Below are positions 9,246 to 20,056 of a DNA stretch of 64,000 nucleotides, one piece after another. The position numbers were made by a program, and so were the translations under genes. Origin of the DNA: a virus. Its lineage: Duplodnaviria > Caudoviricetes. The notes beneath the pieces were generated by a model. The model was given only the letters and a program-made list of their open reading frames with translations. It was not told where the DNA came from and ran no database searches. Location: IMG/VR virus record IMGVR_UViG_3300032116_000002; one strand, given 5' to 3'. Every line of letters begins with the position of its first letter. Position 1 is the stretch's first letter.

Positions 9246-12200
9246 GTGTTAAGAAAGCTGATCCTGGTGCTGTAAAGGTAGACGTTGAGTATCGTGCTAT
9301 GCCTTTAGTTATTCGTATATCGGTCATATATCCATTAAAATCATTTGTACTAGTTGAAGTTTGGATACCCACACCTAAAGGCAGTGTGCTAGAAAGTGAT
9401 GTACTATCTGTTGCTGTTGCTACTACTGTACCATCAATAAACATTCTATTAGTAGTTCCTGATCTAGTTACTGCTATATGGTACCATTGTCCAGTTGCGA
9501 TTCTAGATGCGTTAGAGTCTTGCAGCAACACGGTTGACGCTCCTACTAGGAATGTCATTGAAGTTCCAGCACTTCTCCAATATAACTGCCAACTATTAGC
9601 ATTACCGCTTGCCCAACGATCTAGTAACAATCTACTACTAGTTAATGCACTAAAATAAACCCATAATTCTATCGTAAAATCACCAGTACCAAAATCAAGA
9701 TTAGGATTAGTTGGCATAGTTAGATAATCATCAGTACCGTCAAAGTACAATGACCCTACATCCCATTTAGCTTGTGCATTGGTTATTATTGCATTGTTCA
9801 CCGTTTCTAAATTATTCTTACCGGTACTATCGTAGATGCCAGCGTTGGTGAAGTTGAGTAGTAATTGTGTATTAGTTATAGCTGTTAATGATGATGCAGG
9901 TGGTGTGAAGGTAGCGGTGTATAGAACCGTTCCTCTTACTAATCTTAAACTAGAAATATAACCGTTAAGTAAATTAGTATTATTATATCCAGCTCCTACT
10001 TTTGGGCCACCTATAACATAGTTATTCGTATCAGTATATGTTGATCCTACTTGCACACCGTTTACAAACATTATTGTACTTGTTCCGCTTCGTGCAACTG
10101 CAATGTGGTACCATTGTCCGACAATTATTGTAGGACCAGTTATTACATTTGTTCCAACAAAATAGGTTAACACTCCGGCGTTTAAATATATCACCGGCGA
10201 TATAGAAGCTGCACTTGTCCTAGAATCATACAATGTTCCTGTAGTTCCTGAAATTAGGTATAGATAACCTTCTAACGTAAAATCTGACGTTCCTATTGTG
10301 AACGCAGCGTTACTAGGTAAATCTAAATAATCCCCTGTCCCATCAAAGTAAGCACTACCACCTACTACAGCAGAGTCATAAGCAGCAGTAGGAGCAAATG
10401 GAGAGAAGGCTTGGACGGATCTAGTTCCTAAGTTTGAACCATTGTCGCCAAACAATATCGTTTTTGTGTTTTGTGTACTGTTATCAACAAACCTATTTGA
10501 TTGTAATGTTAGTAGCTTAACGTCAGATGATGAAACGCTTTGGCTTGTTGTAGTTAATGGGCTTGTAGTTACAGTAAACGCAGATGTATAAACCGCTGAA
10601 CGAGTAAACCTAAAGTTACTAATATACCCGTCTAGTCCTCCGTTATATGAATTAGTAGTACCAATAAATAACTGTTGGTTAGCACTTGCAGAAGGCGTTC
10701 CAGTACCAGAAGTAAGCAATGCTCCATCTTTATATATTGAATAAGTAGATGACGAACGAACAAAAGCAAAATGATACCAAACACCAGTTGTTATACCAGC
10801 ATTTACATTTGTAGCTAAATCTTGGTCGGCAGCATTTCGCCAATAAATATTTGGACTAGCTCCAAAAAGAAATATCCCACCTTGATTGTTCCCTTGCAGT
10901 ATCCAATGAAAATTACTCCCGCCAGGGAGGCTATTAAAATTTACCCAAAATTCAATTGTAAAGTTACCTGCTCCGCTTCCCATATTAAAATCAGCAGAAC
11001 TAGCAACCTGTATGTTTTGATAATTCGTTCTATTAAAATAAGAACTCCACCCCGTCTGACTAAACGGCGTAAATGTTCCCTGCGTAGTATTACCAAATCT
11101 ACTAACAACAAAATTATTTCCAGACCCATCTATGAATCTATTATTGTTTTCTCCTAAACGGTATTGCAATGTTAGTAACGCTGTATTACTAACTACCAAT
11201 AAAGGTGATGCAGATGGAGTAAAGGTTGAAGTATAAAGAGCGGTGCCTTTTACCACCCTAAGATTAGAAATATATCCAGTATGATTCCTAGTACTTACTC
11301 CATCGTTTGCTCTACCTATAGTAAGACTGCCGGCTGGATAATTATATGTGTCGGTGGTGAAGCTGCTTCCAGCCTGCACTCCGTCTACAAACATTCTAGT
11401 AGTAGTGCCGAATCTAGTCACAGCTATGTGTTGCCATCCATTTAATCTTACTACTGAATTACCTGATGTTATTTTATTTACAGCCTCAACATACCAAGCA
11501 TATCCAGTACCGGACGTTAATTCAATAACAGGTTGAACCACAGATAGTCCATTGGTACCGTTACGTTGATCATATAATGTAATATTAGCTGGTATCGCAT
11601 TTAATGCTATATAAACCCAAAATTCTATCGTAAAATCCGTAGTACTCAACGCTAGATTAGCTTGGCTAGTTAATGATAGCCAATCACCGGTTCCATCAAA
11701 ATAAGCACTACCAGTTGTTGTATCTGTTTCTGTAAAGGGACCAAAAGCACTGACTGTGGTATCTCCATTTTTAGTAATGGTAAAATTATTTGTACTATTA
11801 TCAATTAAACGATTGGATTGGCAAGTTAATAAACTTGTGCCTGCTACCGCTGTAAGTGGTGTAGTGCTTGGTGTAAACGCTCCAGTGTATAGTGCTGTGC
11901 CTTTTACCACCCTCAAATTTGAAATATATCCGTTCATTATAAAACCGGAAGCGGCGAATCCATTTAACACTCCAATGTATGGAGTGGTATTTGTAATATC
12001 AGTTGCTTGTGTGCCTGAGGTGGCTAAACTGCCATTGAAAAACAATCTGACAGTTGTACCTGATCTAGTAACAGCAAAATGAGTCCACTGGTTAGTCCCC
12101 GGCGGGCTGGCATATGTTATATCTGTAGACATTCGTACTAAAAAACCAGTAGCAGAGTCTTGGAATATACCTAGCTGCCCGTTAGTACCACCGCCTCCCG

Positions 12201-13092
12201 AATCATAAAGACAGAATCTTGTTACACCAGCATTTAAATAGTACCAGCCTTCTACAGTGAAATCACCAGTTCCAAAACTAAATGCCGAAGATGACGGTAG
12301 TGTCAAATAATCGCCTGTGCCGTCAAACCTATTACTCCATACTGTTTTATACGGACTGAATGCCGTTGGTCGTGTATCACCATTTACAGTAAGTGCAAAT
12401 TTATTTGAACTATTATCATTGATCCATGTGTTAGTGCTATTAGTACCACCCAATAATAACGAAGTGTTTGGGAAATAAGTGTCATTAATAACAACAGTCA
12501 CACTAAATGTTCTTGATGTGTTTTGTAATTCTGCGTCTGTCGCAATAACAGTGAAATTATATGTGGTTGTGGCGCTTCCTGTCCAAGTTCCACTTAATGT
12601 ACCACTACTAGATAATGATAAACCAGGTGGCAGTGAACTTCCTTCAGCTAATGAATAAGTTATATTACTATCGGATGTAGCACTTAATGCCAATAAAACC
12701 GGTACTGTTAAATCTGGTAAATTACTACCTGTGCTCCAAGCAGGAAACACACTATATGTAATACCGTTAATTCTAATAGCCATGCTGCCATCAGGATTTA
12801 TAAGGTATATTACATAAGTACCTGAGCTAGATGCAGGAACTTGTACATTAACTCTTGTACTATTAACAAATGTAACGCTTGTAGAAATCGTACTATCAAT
12901 ATAAACTTGACATCCACTGACAAAGCCAGTTCCATTTACTATAATATACCCGCCTAACGTGCTGACAGCGGTGTCATCTAAGAGTGTACCATAAGTATTA
13001 TCACTTGCAATTTGCACTGAGGTTATGGTAGGCCCAGTTATTGCTGAAATAGTTGCGCTTGTAAAGTCAGTTGATTTTAATCTAGTAATCAT
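9241..13092 (-). CDS. Multi-LamG virion protein (1283 aa): TIG-like, Ig-like, about 5 LamG
   Basis: Same colinear architecture and linkers (GENNNRF, TGKNNLETV) as 4318-8259 and 15284-20044. Confidence 0.85.
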   Translation of the reverse strand: MITRLKSTDFTSATISAITGPTITSVQIASDNTYGTLLDDTAVSTLGGYIIVNGTGFVSGCQVYIDSTISTSVTFVNSTRVNVQVPASSSGTYVIYLINPDGSMAIRINGITYSVFPAWSTGSNLPDLTVPVLLALSATSDSNITYSLAEGSSLPPGLSLSSSGTLSGTWTGSATTTYNFTVIATDAELQNTSRTFSVTVVINDTYFPNTSLLLGGTNSTNTWINDNSSNKFALTVNGDTRPTAFSPYKTVWSNRFDGTGDYLTLPSSSAFSFGTGDFTVEGWYYLNAGVTRFCLYDSGGGGTNGQLGIFQDSATGFLVRMSTDITYASPPGTNQWTHFAVTRSGTTVRLFFNGSLATSGTQATDITNTTPYIGVLNGFAASGFIMNGYISNLRVVKGTALYTGAFTPSTTPLTAVAGTSLLTCQSNRLIDNSTNNFTITKNGDTTVSAFGPFTETDTTTGSAYFDGTGDWLSLTSQANLALSTTDFTIEFWVYIALNAIPANITLYDQRNGTNGLSVVQPVIELTSGTGYAWYVEAVNKITSGNSVVRLNGWQHIAVTRFGTTTRMFVDGVQAGSSFTTDTYNYPAGSLTIGRANDGVSTRNHTGYISNLRVVKGTALYTSTFTPSASPLLVVSNTALLTLQYRLGENNNRFIDGSGNNFVVSRFGNTTQGTFTPFSQTGWSSYFNRTNYQNIQVASSADFNMGSGAGNFTIEFWVNFNSLPGGSNFHWILQGNNQGGIFLFGASPNIYWRNAADQDLATNVNAGITTGVWYHFAFVRSSSTYSIYKDGALLTSGTGTPSASANQQLFIGTTNSYNGGLDGYISNFRFTRSAVYTSAFTVTTSPLTTTSQSVSSSDVKLLTLQSNRFVDNSTQNTKTILFGDNGSNLGTRSVQAFSPFAPTAAYDSAVVGGSAYFDGTGDYLDLPSNAAFTIGTSDFTLEGYLYLISGTTGTLYDSRTSAASISPVIYLNAGVLTYFVGTNVITGPTIIVGQWYHIAVARSGTSTIMFVNGVQVGSTYTDTNNYVIGGPKVGAGYNNTNLLNGYISSLRLVRGTVLYTATFTPPASSLTAITNTQLLLNFTNAGIYDSTGKNNLETVNNAIITNAQAKWDVGSLYFDGTDDYLTMPTNPNLDFGTGDFTIELWVYFSALTSSRLLLDRWASGNANSWQLYWRSAGTSMTFLVGASTVLLQDSNASRIATGQWYHIAVTRSGTTNRMFIDGTVVATATDSTSLSSTLPLGVGIQTSTSTNDFNGYMTDIRITKGIARYSTSTFTAPGSAFLTR

Positions 13093-13439
13093 GCGTATGT
13101 AACCGTTGTTCCTGCTGTAGTTCCGTCACTTGAAACTACAAATAATAATTTTTGTCCTGCTGTACTACTTGGCATTTGTACTCTTAACTCATTCGCACTT
13201 ATAAATGTTATATTTGATGCTAGTGCTGACACTTTAGTATTCGGTGTTCTAATAACCAATTGTGAATTATTTGTAAAAAACGAACCTACAATCTTTATAA
13301 AACCACCACTTGTACTTACAGTGTTACCAATGTTAAAATTATATGTATTATCAGTAACAACAACTCTAGATATCCTAGGTTTAAAAATTCCTGTGAATGT
13401 TGTTGGTACTAGATTATCATATGTTATCTTAGTTGACAT
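13089..13439 (-). CDS. Stand-alone IPT/TIG-like protein (116 aa)
   Basis: Aligns by eye to the first ~115 aa of the downstream LamG protein (DNTY, STxGG(F/Y)I, (I/V)TF(I/V), DG). ATGA overlap with that gene. Confidence 0.7.
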   Translation of the reverse strand: MSTKITYDNLVPTTFTGIFKPRISRVVVTDNTYNFNIGNTVSTSGGFIKIVGSFFTNNSQLVIRTPNTKVSALASNITFISANELRVQMPSSTAGQKLLFVVSSDGTTAGTTVTYA

Positions 13440-13441
13440 TT

Positions 13442-13798
13442 TTAACTCATTAATTCATATGATGCTGAAATGTGTGCAGAATTATTTGCGCTGCAATTAG
13501 CTTGTATTGTATCATCTTCTTCTAGGTAAATAGTTGTATCTTTCGCTAGTACAACTAATGTTGAATTTGCGGGGACATTTATAGTTCCTGCAAGATAATA
13601 AGGTCCGCCTGTGCGATTGACCACTACATTAGCTGAAATTGATGAGCCGCTATAATTACATATTGATATTTCATTAATTTTATAGACGCTGTTGCTTCCT
13701 GATGCGTTTAATACAACATTTCCCGTAATTGTAGACAATGACGCATATGCTGTTCTGCCCGTTATTGCTGTTACTGTTAGTAAATTTGGTGCTGCCAT
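13442..13798 (-). CDS. Small adaptor-family protein (118 aa, MAAPNLL)
   Basis: KINEISICN, VPANSTL, IYLEED, SYELMS motifs shared with its paralogues. Confidence 0.8.
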   Translation of the reverse strand: MAAPNLLTVTAITGRTAYASLSTITGNVVLNASGSNSVYKINEISICNYSGSSISANVVVNRTGGPYYLAGTINVPANSTLVVLAKDTTIYLEEDDTIQANCSANNSAHISASYELMS

Positions 13799-13799
13799 T

Positions 13800-15260
13800 T
13801 TATCCCCCGAATACGATTCCCATAATTACTGCTGCTGCTCTAGTAGCAGTAACAGATGTAAAGCTTAAATTACCATTTCCATCTGTTGATATAATTTGTC
13901 CATTAGAACCACCTGTAATTCTAACATTACCAATAGCTCCTAAATTGCTAACACCGTTAGCAACAATATTTCCTGATACTTGTAAATTACCTGTCGTAGT
14001 ATTTGCTGTAACATTTAATGTGTTTATATTTGCTGTGGTAATTACATTAATAGTACCTATCGTTTGTGTAATATCAGTAGCAGGAGGTGGCATCAATTCA
14101 CGAATGAACACCAATGTACCATTAGCAGGTGCACTATCAAACGTTAATGTTGTTCCATTTATTGTATAGTCTGTTGTTGGTAACTGTGCAATACCATTCA
14201 AGTATACTAATACATTATGAATATTAGCACCTTGTGTAACTGTATAAGTTGTACCTGAACCGTTAGCCGTATATGTTCTACTTACATAAGCAGTTGGATC
14301 AGTTGACGCTATTGTTGGGCTTTGTACATCTACCCAATAGTTACCTGTTCCATCACTAATATATTCATACAAAACATCACTTGATGTATTGTACCACATA
14401 TCGCCTCTACTATTACCACTAGCTGGTGGTGTAGTTGCTGCTGTGTATGTGCCACCGCCTCCTCCGCCACCTCCTATAACAGTATCCCAAATTAAATTAC
14501 CTGTTCCATCAGTTTTTAAGTACTGATCTGCACTACCACCTGTAATTCTAACATTGCCAACGTTGCCTAAATTTGATATTCCACCTACTGATAAATTACC
14601 TGTAACGTTTGCATAACCAGATATATTTGCGCCTGTGCCTGTAACCGTAACTATATTTGCATTTCCTGCTACACTTATCGTTGCATTTGCATTGGCAGCT
14701 ACAACAATATTACTATTACCATTTACCAAAGACACTGCTGTTACAGCAGATATACCTGTTAATTGACTACCATTACCTACAAAGAAGTTTGCGACTACTG
14801 CATTTCCTAAATTAGCATTACCTGCTGCTAAATTTCCAATGTAATTAGGTAAATAATTTGCGACCCAATCGTTTGCTGTATTACTAAACGCATTAGTGCT
14901 AAGCTTGTTTGCTAAACTGTTTGTTACTGAAGTTGAAAAACTTGCATCATTACCTAATGCATTACTTAACTCACCTAATGTGTCAAGAACCGCAGGAGCT
15001 GAATTTACTAAATTAGCTACCGCATTACTCACCTCTGTAGTTGTCGCAAAATTACTGACATCAGGCAATGATGTCCAACTAAGATTTCCTGCTCCGTCAG
15101 TTTTTAATACATAATTAGCTGTGCCACCGGATATTTTTATATTTGCTACGTTACCTAAATTAGCAACATTAGCGATTAAATTACCCGTTACGGTTACATT
15201 AGCAAATGTAAATGTTGCATTTGAATTTACACCTAATGGTTGAATCTTTGTAACTGGCAT
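13800..15260 (-). CDS. Shaft/fibre protein (486 aa)
   Basis: GG..(Y/Q)..(K/S)TDG.GNL.(W/F) modules, APAVLDTLGELSNALGND tail-fibre motif, GDMWY module, hydrophobic end VIMGIVFGG. Confidence 0.8.
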   Translation of the reverse strand: MPVTKIQPLGVNSNATFTFANVTVTGNLIANVANLGNVANIKISGGTANYVLKTDGAGNLSWTSLPDVSNFATTTEVSNAVANLVNSAPAVLDTLGELSNALGNDASFSTSVTNSLANKLSTNAFSNTANDWVANYLPNYIGNLAAGNANLGNAVVANFFVGNGSQLTGISAVTAVSLVNGNSNIVVAANANATISVAGNANIVTVTGTGANISGYANVTGNLSVGGISNLGNVGNVRITGGSADQYLKTDGTGNLIWDTVIGGGGGGGGTYTAATTPPASGNSRGDMWYNTSSDVLYEYISDGTGNYWVDVQSPTIASTDPTAYVSRTYTANGSGTTYTVTQGANIHNVLVYLNGIAQLPTTDYTINGTTLTFDSAPANGTLVFIRELMPPPATDITQTIGTINVITTANINTLNVTANTTTGNLQVSGNIVANGVSNLGAIGNVRITGGSNGQIISTDGNGNLSFTSVTATRAAAVIMGIVFGG

Positions 15261-15277
15261 TATTATATCCTCTTAGC

Positions 15278-15285
15278 TATTTATT
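15278..15285 (-). promoter_or_regulatory. Putative late promoter AATAAATA
   Basis: Overlaps the upstream stop codon; 18 nt upstream of the ATG at 15260, with a GAGG RBS in between. Confidence 0.45.
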
Positions 15286-18200
15286 ATTTGGTAGTAAACG
15301 CACTTGTCGGTGCTGTAAAGTTTGCTGTGTATCTTGCTACACCTCGGGTGATGCGTAAATCGTCAATGTGTCCAATCCAATCTTGCGCTGTGACATCAGG
15401 ATTTCTACCAACATATGCTGCTTGATTAGAAAATCCTATAGAACCAGAATATGTCGCTGGTGTGCCGGCAACTCCATCCAAATAACAAGTCAGTGTGGAT
15501 CCGTTTCTAACAACAGCAACATGGTGCCACACATTCGCAGAAATGGTACCAGCTGTAGCTCTTGAAGCATTTGCATCAAACAAAGCTACTTGATTACTAC
15601 TGTTAATGTAAAACCTGACTCCTGTTGTTGATGATGTCCCAATAGAAAAAATAGTACGTGCTGCACCGATAGATGTAGAGTAAATCCAAGCTTCCATAGT
15701 GAAACTCAAAGTTCCAATCAAATATTGTGGATTTGGCGCAAGTTGTAAATAATCCCCAGTACCATCAAAGTACAATGACCTACTACCATACTTTGTTACA
15801 GCAGTTGAAGTTACTGCATTACCGACTGTTTCTAAATTATTCTTACCTGTATAATCAATAATGCCACCGTTAATATTACTTAATAATAGTGTAGTGTTAG
15901 CTATTTGTGTTAGTGGTGCTACTGGAGGAACAAAAGGTGCGGAATAAATTGCGCTACCATTTACTAATCTAAAATTGCTGATGTATCCATTAACACTATA
16001 TGATGCGCCGCTGCCACCTATAAATAGTGATTGTGCTTCGGATACATTTACACTGTATGTCCAAGTACCAGCACTTTGACCGTTTATATACCATCTTGTT
16101 TGATTTGTACTAGTTCCTGATCTAACTAATGCTACATGAGTCCATGCTCTTAGAGGCACTGGAATTGTAGTAGAACTACCCCCAATAAAAGTGTTATTAT
16201 TATAACTTAAGGTACCGGTATTTGACATGTCCATGCTATATCCAGTCTCTCCTACACCTTTTTCAAAAATACGTGATGGGTTGCCATATGCATTCACATA
16301 AATCCAAAATTCAATCGTAAAATTGTTAGTACCATATACTAATGCTGTAGAATGCGGCATAGACAAGTAATCACCTGAGCCATCAAACAACACACTACCA
16401 CCTACCGTAGTCACAGAGTATTCAACATCAGATGTGACAGTATTTCCGAATGGATTAAAACTTCTTGGAGCAGCATCACCGTTTATTGTTATAGTAAATC
16501 TATTTGTACTATTATCTATAAATGTACTACTTTGACATGTTAATAAACTTGTGTTTGAAATTGCTGTTAATGGTGATGTTGGTGGTGTGAAGTTAGAGGT
16601 ATAGGCTGCGGTACCGTTAACTAATCTAAAATTACTAATATATCCGTTCCAATAATTTAAAAGATTAGACTGTCTCATGAAACCAATATTCAGTGTATTT
16701 GCAGCATAAGTCATTGCAGTAGCACTAGTTGTCGTTCCAACTGAAGTGCCATTTACATAAATCGTGTAAGTATTTACATTTCTTATTGCTGCTATATGAT
16801 ACCAAGTATTGGTTGTAATGGTTCCTGAACTTGAACTTGTTGTTGTAACATCAACCGCAGAATTATTCCTTAAGTATAAAGAAATAGTTCCGTCTGTGCC
16901 AACCCAAAATTGCAATCTACCATCATTTAGTGTCGAATTTCCTATGAAGGAAATTCCAACACCTAATGAATTTGTTGACGTTAAAGTGTTTGCATAAATC
17001 CAAGCCTCAATAGTAAAGTCTCCTGTTGGCGCGACTAGAGAAGAAGTTGATGAATTTAAATAATCCCCAGTACCATCAAAATAACCACTATAGCTTGTTG
17101 GTGTTATTACTGAAGGAGAGAATGGACTAAAGCTTTGTACGCTTACATCACCGTTCCTAGTTATTGCGAAGTTATTTGCACTATTATCTACTAATCTATT
17201 ACTTTGACAAGTTAATAAACTTGTGTTTGCTATTGCTGTTAATGGTGATGTAGGTGGGGTGAAGCTTGCAGTGTAGACTGCGGTTCCCTTTACGATACGC
17301 AAATTTGAAATATAACCAGTCATGGGGTAACCAGACGTAACAACTCCAGATCCAATTTCTAAACTATAATTTCCGGGTGTGTAATTTGTGGAGTTTGTTG
17401 CTGATCCTTTAGCTATACCATTCACATAAATTGTTAATGTAGTTCCTTGTCTAACTACTGCCACGTGACTCCAAACATTGTTTATAATACCTGAATTCGT
17501 TGTCAATATTGTACTGGTACTGCCATGATACCATCGTAATTCTGGGTCCGTTTGATCTTTATATAATCTCCACCCTCCAGCATAACCATATGCTCTACTA
17601 ATAATTGTTTGCCATGTAGATGTGACGTTTGCAAGATTTAACCAAAACTCAATAGTAAAGTCCACTGGTAAGTCTAATGCTGCATTGTTAGCAACAGTTA
17701 AATAATCTCCAGTACCATCGAAAAAATTACTCCACCCTGTTAAACTATATGGACTAAATGTACCTTGTGTTGTATTACCATTTCTAGTGATAATATTATT
17801 CAATCCAGAAGTATCAACAAATCTATTATTGTTTTCACCAATACGTGATTGTAATGTTAATAAACTTGTGTTTGCTATTGCAGTTAATGGTGAAGTCGGC
17901 GGAGTAAATGTGGAGGTGTAAAGTGCTGTATCTTTAATTACACGAAGATTAGATATGTAGCCAGTAAAATAAAAACTACCGCCGATCATTTCATAACCTA
18001 CCGTAGCACCGTTTTGAATAAAATTAGTAGAATTGGTTGTGCTACCGTTTAATACACCATTTTGATAAATTGAAAGCGTGGTTCCATTTCGTACAACAGC
18101 AATATGTGTCCAAGCATTAAGAGGAATAGCATTCGTAGCTAATAAAAATTCTGTACTTGCGTTTGTGATTCTTACTCTATTTGTACTATTAATTTGAACA

Positions 18201-20044
18201 TGAAGTGAATCTCCAGTTCCTGTAGTTGAAGATAAGAAGATAATGCCAAAATTTTGAGTTGCAGTTAAATAGACCCACGCTTCTACTGTAAAACTACCCG
18301 TACCAAAAGAAAACGCAGCGTTACTAGGAAGTGTCAGAAAATCTCCTGTACCATCAAAATAACCACTACCTGTTACTACATCTGTTTCAATCAATGGTGC
18401 AAAATTACTGATAATAGGAGCATCATTAACTGTTATGGCAAGAGCGTTTGTGCTTGCATCTATAAATCTATTTCTTGCGCAAGTTAATAAACTTGTTCCG
18501 GTAACCGCTGTTAGTGGTGAAGTTGGAACAGTAAAATTACTTGTACCTGTATAGACCGCAGTACCTTTAACTACTCTAACATTGCTTATATTACCATTAA
18601 AATATCCACCAATTGGATTTGATCTACCACCTACAACATTAGTGTCTACATTTGTATGATTTGTAGAATATGTTGTACCTGATCCTGATGTTTGATAAAT
18701 GCCATCTATCCATAATCTGATAGTGTTTGATTCTCTTACAAGTGCTACGTGATGCCATACACCATCTTTAAGACTAACAGTAGACCCATCAGATAATCCA
18801 GCTACTCTCAAAGCACCGTCTGTTCCTCCATGATACGCTGTTATTCTAAGATAAAAATCAAAATCTCCAATATACATTATTGATCGTGAGTACCCACCAG
18901 GAGCTAATGAGTTATCAGTAGTCCTCATAAAACATTCTATAGTAAAATCGCCTGTACCAAAACTAAACGCAGAATTAGCTGGTGTTGAAATATAATCATT
19001 AGTACCGTCAAATTGACCACTCCATACAATTTCATATGGACTGAATGCCATTGGTCTTGTATCACCGTTTACTGTTACTACAAACTTATTCGTACTTGCA
19101 TCATCGTTCCAAACATTAGCTGTGACAGTTTCAGCATTTAACAATAATGTTGTATAATTAAAGTATGAGTCATTAGCTACAGAAATTACCCAGTTAATAG
19201 TACGTGTTGCAGTTCTATTAGTAGTTGCTGCTGTAGCAGTTAGTGTAGTTGTGGTGTTAGCTATGACTGTTGGTGTACCAGTAATGTTTGCACCACTAAT
19301 ACTTAAACCAGTTGGTAATGTATCGGCTGTGTATGTAATTCCATATCCAGCTGAGCTTGTTGCACTTAGTGTTACATTTGACAAGGCAGTATTTGTATTT
19401 GCACTAACTGTAGCATTATTTGCTGGACTACTCCATGTTACTACGTCTGGATTAATTGTTAAACTAAATTGTCTATCTGTATCTTGATTTTGTGCGTCAC
19501 TTGCACGAATTGTAAATGTATACGTTGTAGGACTTCCTGTAGCCGCAGTTGTACCACTAATTAAACCATTTGCAGAATTTAATGATGATCCAGGTGGTAG
19601 TGTACCACTTTGTAAACTATAAGAAATTGGTACATCACCTGTCGCTGTTACTGTATTACTAATTGCTTGTGTTTCAGTTATATTTCCTAAAGTTCCGGCG
19701 GCTGTACTCCAAGTAGGGGTTCCACTATAACTAATACCTGGTATAACAATAGCAGTAGCACCATCTGGATTAACAACATAAATTACATAAGTACCTGCAT
19801 TATTTGCAGGTGCGGTAAATGTTATTTCTGTACCAGAAACAAATGTAACAACACCTGCACTTACACCATTCACGATAACAGTAGGAGTCGCTTTGAATCC
19901 TACACCATTCAGTGTTATAGTTTGTCCTCCTGCAGGGTCAGCAGCAGTATCGTTGTCAGAATATACGATGGCAGAAACTTTTACACCAGAAATTACATCT
20001 AGTGTTGTTGAAGCAATATTATCCGTTGTAATCTGTGTTGTCAT
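15284..20044 (-). CDS. Multi-LamG virion protein (1586 aa): TIG-like, two Ig-like, about 6 LamG
   Basis: Six FDG(T/S)(G/N)D motifs, LPPGSSL and LPTGLSI Ig-like segments, shared linkers. Confidence 0.85.
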   Translation of the reverse strand: MTTQITTDNIASTTLDVISGVKVSAIVYSDNDTAADPAGGQTITLNGVGFKATPTVIVNGVSAGVVTFVSGTEITFTAPANNAGTYVIYVVNPDGATAIVIPGISYSGTPTWSTAAGTLGNITETQAISNTVTATGDVPISYSLQSGTLPPGSSLNSANGLISGTTAATGSPTTYTFTIRASDAQNQDTDRQFSLTINPDVVTWSSPANNATVSANTNTALSNVTLSATSSAGYGITYTADTLPTGLSISGANITGTPTVIANTTTTLTATAATTNRTATRTINWVISVANDSYFNYTTLLLNAETVTANVWNDDASTNKFVVTVNGDTRPMAFSPYEIVWSGQFDGTNDYISTPANSAFSFGTGDFTIECFMRTTDNSLAPGGYSRSIMYIGDFDFYLRITAYHGGTDGALRVAGLSDGSTVSLKDGVWHHVALVRESNTIRLWIDGIYQTSGSGTTYSTNHTNVDTNVVGGRSNPIGGYFNGNISNVRVVKGTAVYTGTSNFTVPTSPLTAVTGTSLLTCARNRFIDASTNALAITVNDAPIISNFAPLIETDVVTGSGYFDGTGDFLTLPSNAAFSFGTGSFTVEAWVYLTATQNFGIIFLSSTTGTGDSLHVQINSTNRVRITNASTEFLLATNAIPLNAWTHIAVVRNGTTLSIYQNGVLNGSTTNSTNFIQNGATVGYEMIGGSFYFTGYISNLRVIKDTALYTSTFTPPTSPLTAIANTSLLTLQSRIGENNNRFVDTSGLNNIITRNGNTTQGTFSPYSLTGWSNFFDGTGDYLTVANNAALDLPVDFTIEFWLNLANVTSTWQTIISRAYGYAGGWRLYKDQTDPELRWYHGSTSTILTTNSGIINNVWSHVAVVRQGTTLTIYVNGIAKGSATNSTNYTPGNYSLEIGSGVVTSGYPMTGYISNLRIVKGTAVYTASFTPPTSPLTAIANTSLLTCQSNRLVDNSANNFAITRNGDVSVQSFSPFSPSVITPTSYSGYFDGTGDYLNSSTSSLVAPTGDFTIEAWIYANTLTSTNSLGVGISFIGNSTLNDGRLQFWVGTDGTISLYLRNNSAVDVTTTSSSSGTITTNTWYHIAAIRNVNTYTIYVNGTSVGTTTSATAMTYAANTLNIGFMRQSNLLNYWNGYISNFRLVNGTAAYTSNFTPPTSPLTAISNTSLLTCQSSTFIDNSTNRFTITINGDAAPRSFNPFGNTVTSDVEYSVTTVGGSVLFDGSGDYLSMPHSTALVYGTNNFTIEFWIYVNAYGNPSRIFEKGVGETGYSMDMSNTGTLSYNNNTFIGGSSTTIPVPLRAWTHVALVRSGTSTNQTRWYINGQSAGTWTYSVNVSEAQSLFIGGSGASYSVNGYISNFRLVNGSAIYSAPFVPPVAPLTQIANTTLLLSNINGGIIDYTGKNNLETVGNAVTSTAVTKYGSRSLYFDGTGDYLQLAPNPQYLIGTLSFTMEAWIYSTSIGAARTIFSIGTSSTTGVRFYINSSNQVALFDANASRATAGTISANVWHHVAVVRNGSTLTCYLDGVAGTPATYSGSIGFSNQAAYVGRNPDVTAQDWIGHIDDLRITRGVARYTANFTAPTSAFTTK

Positions 20045-20056
20045 AATATAAAACTG

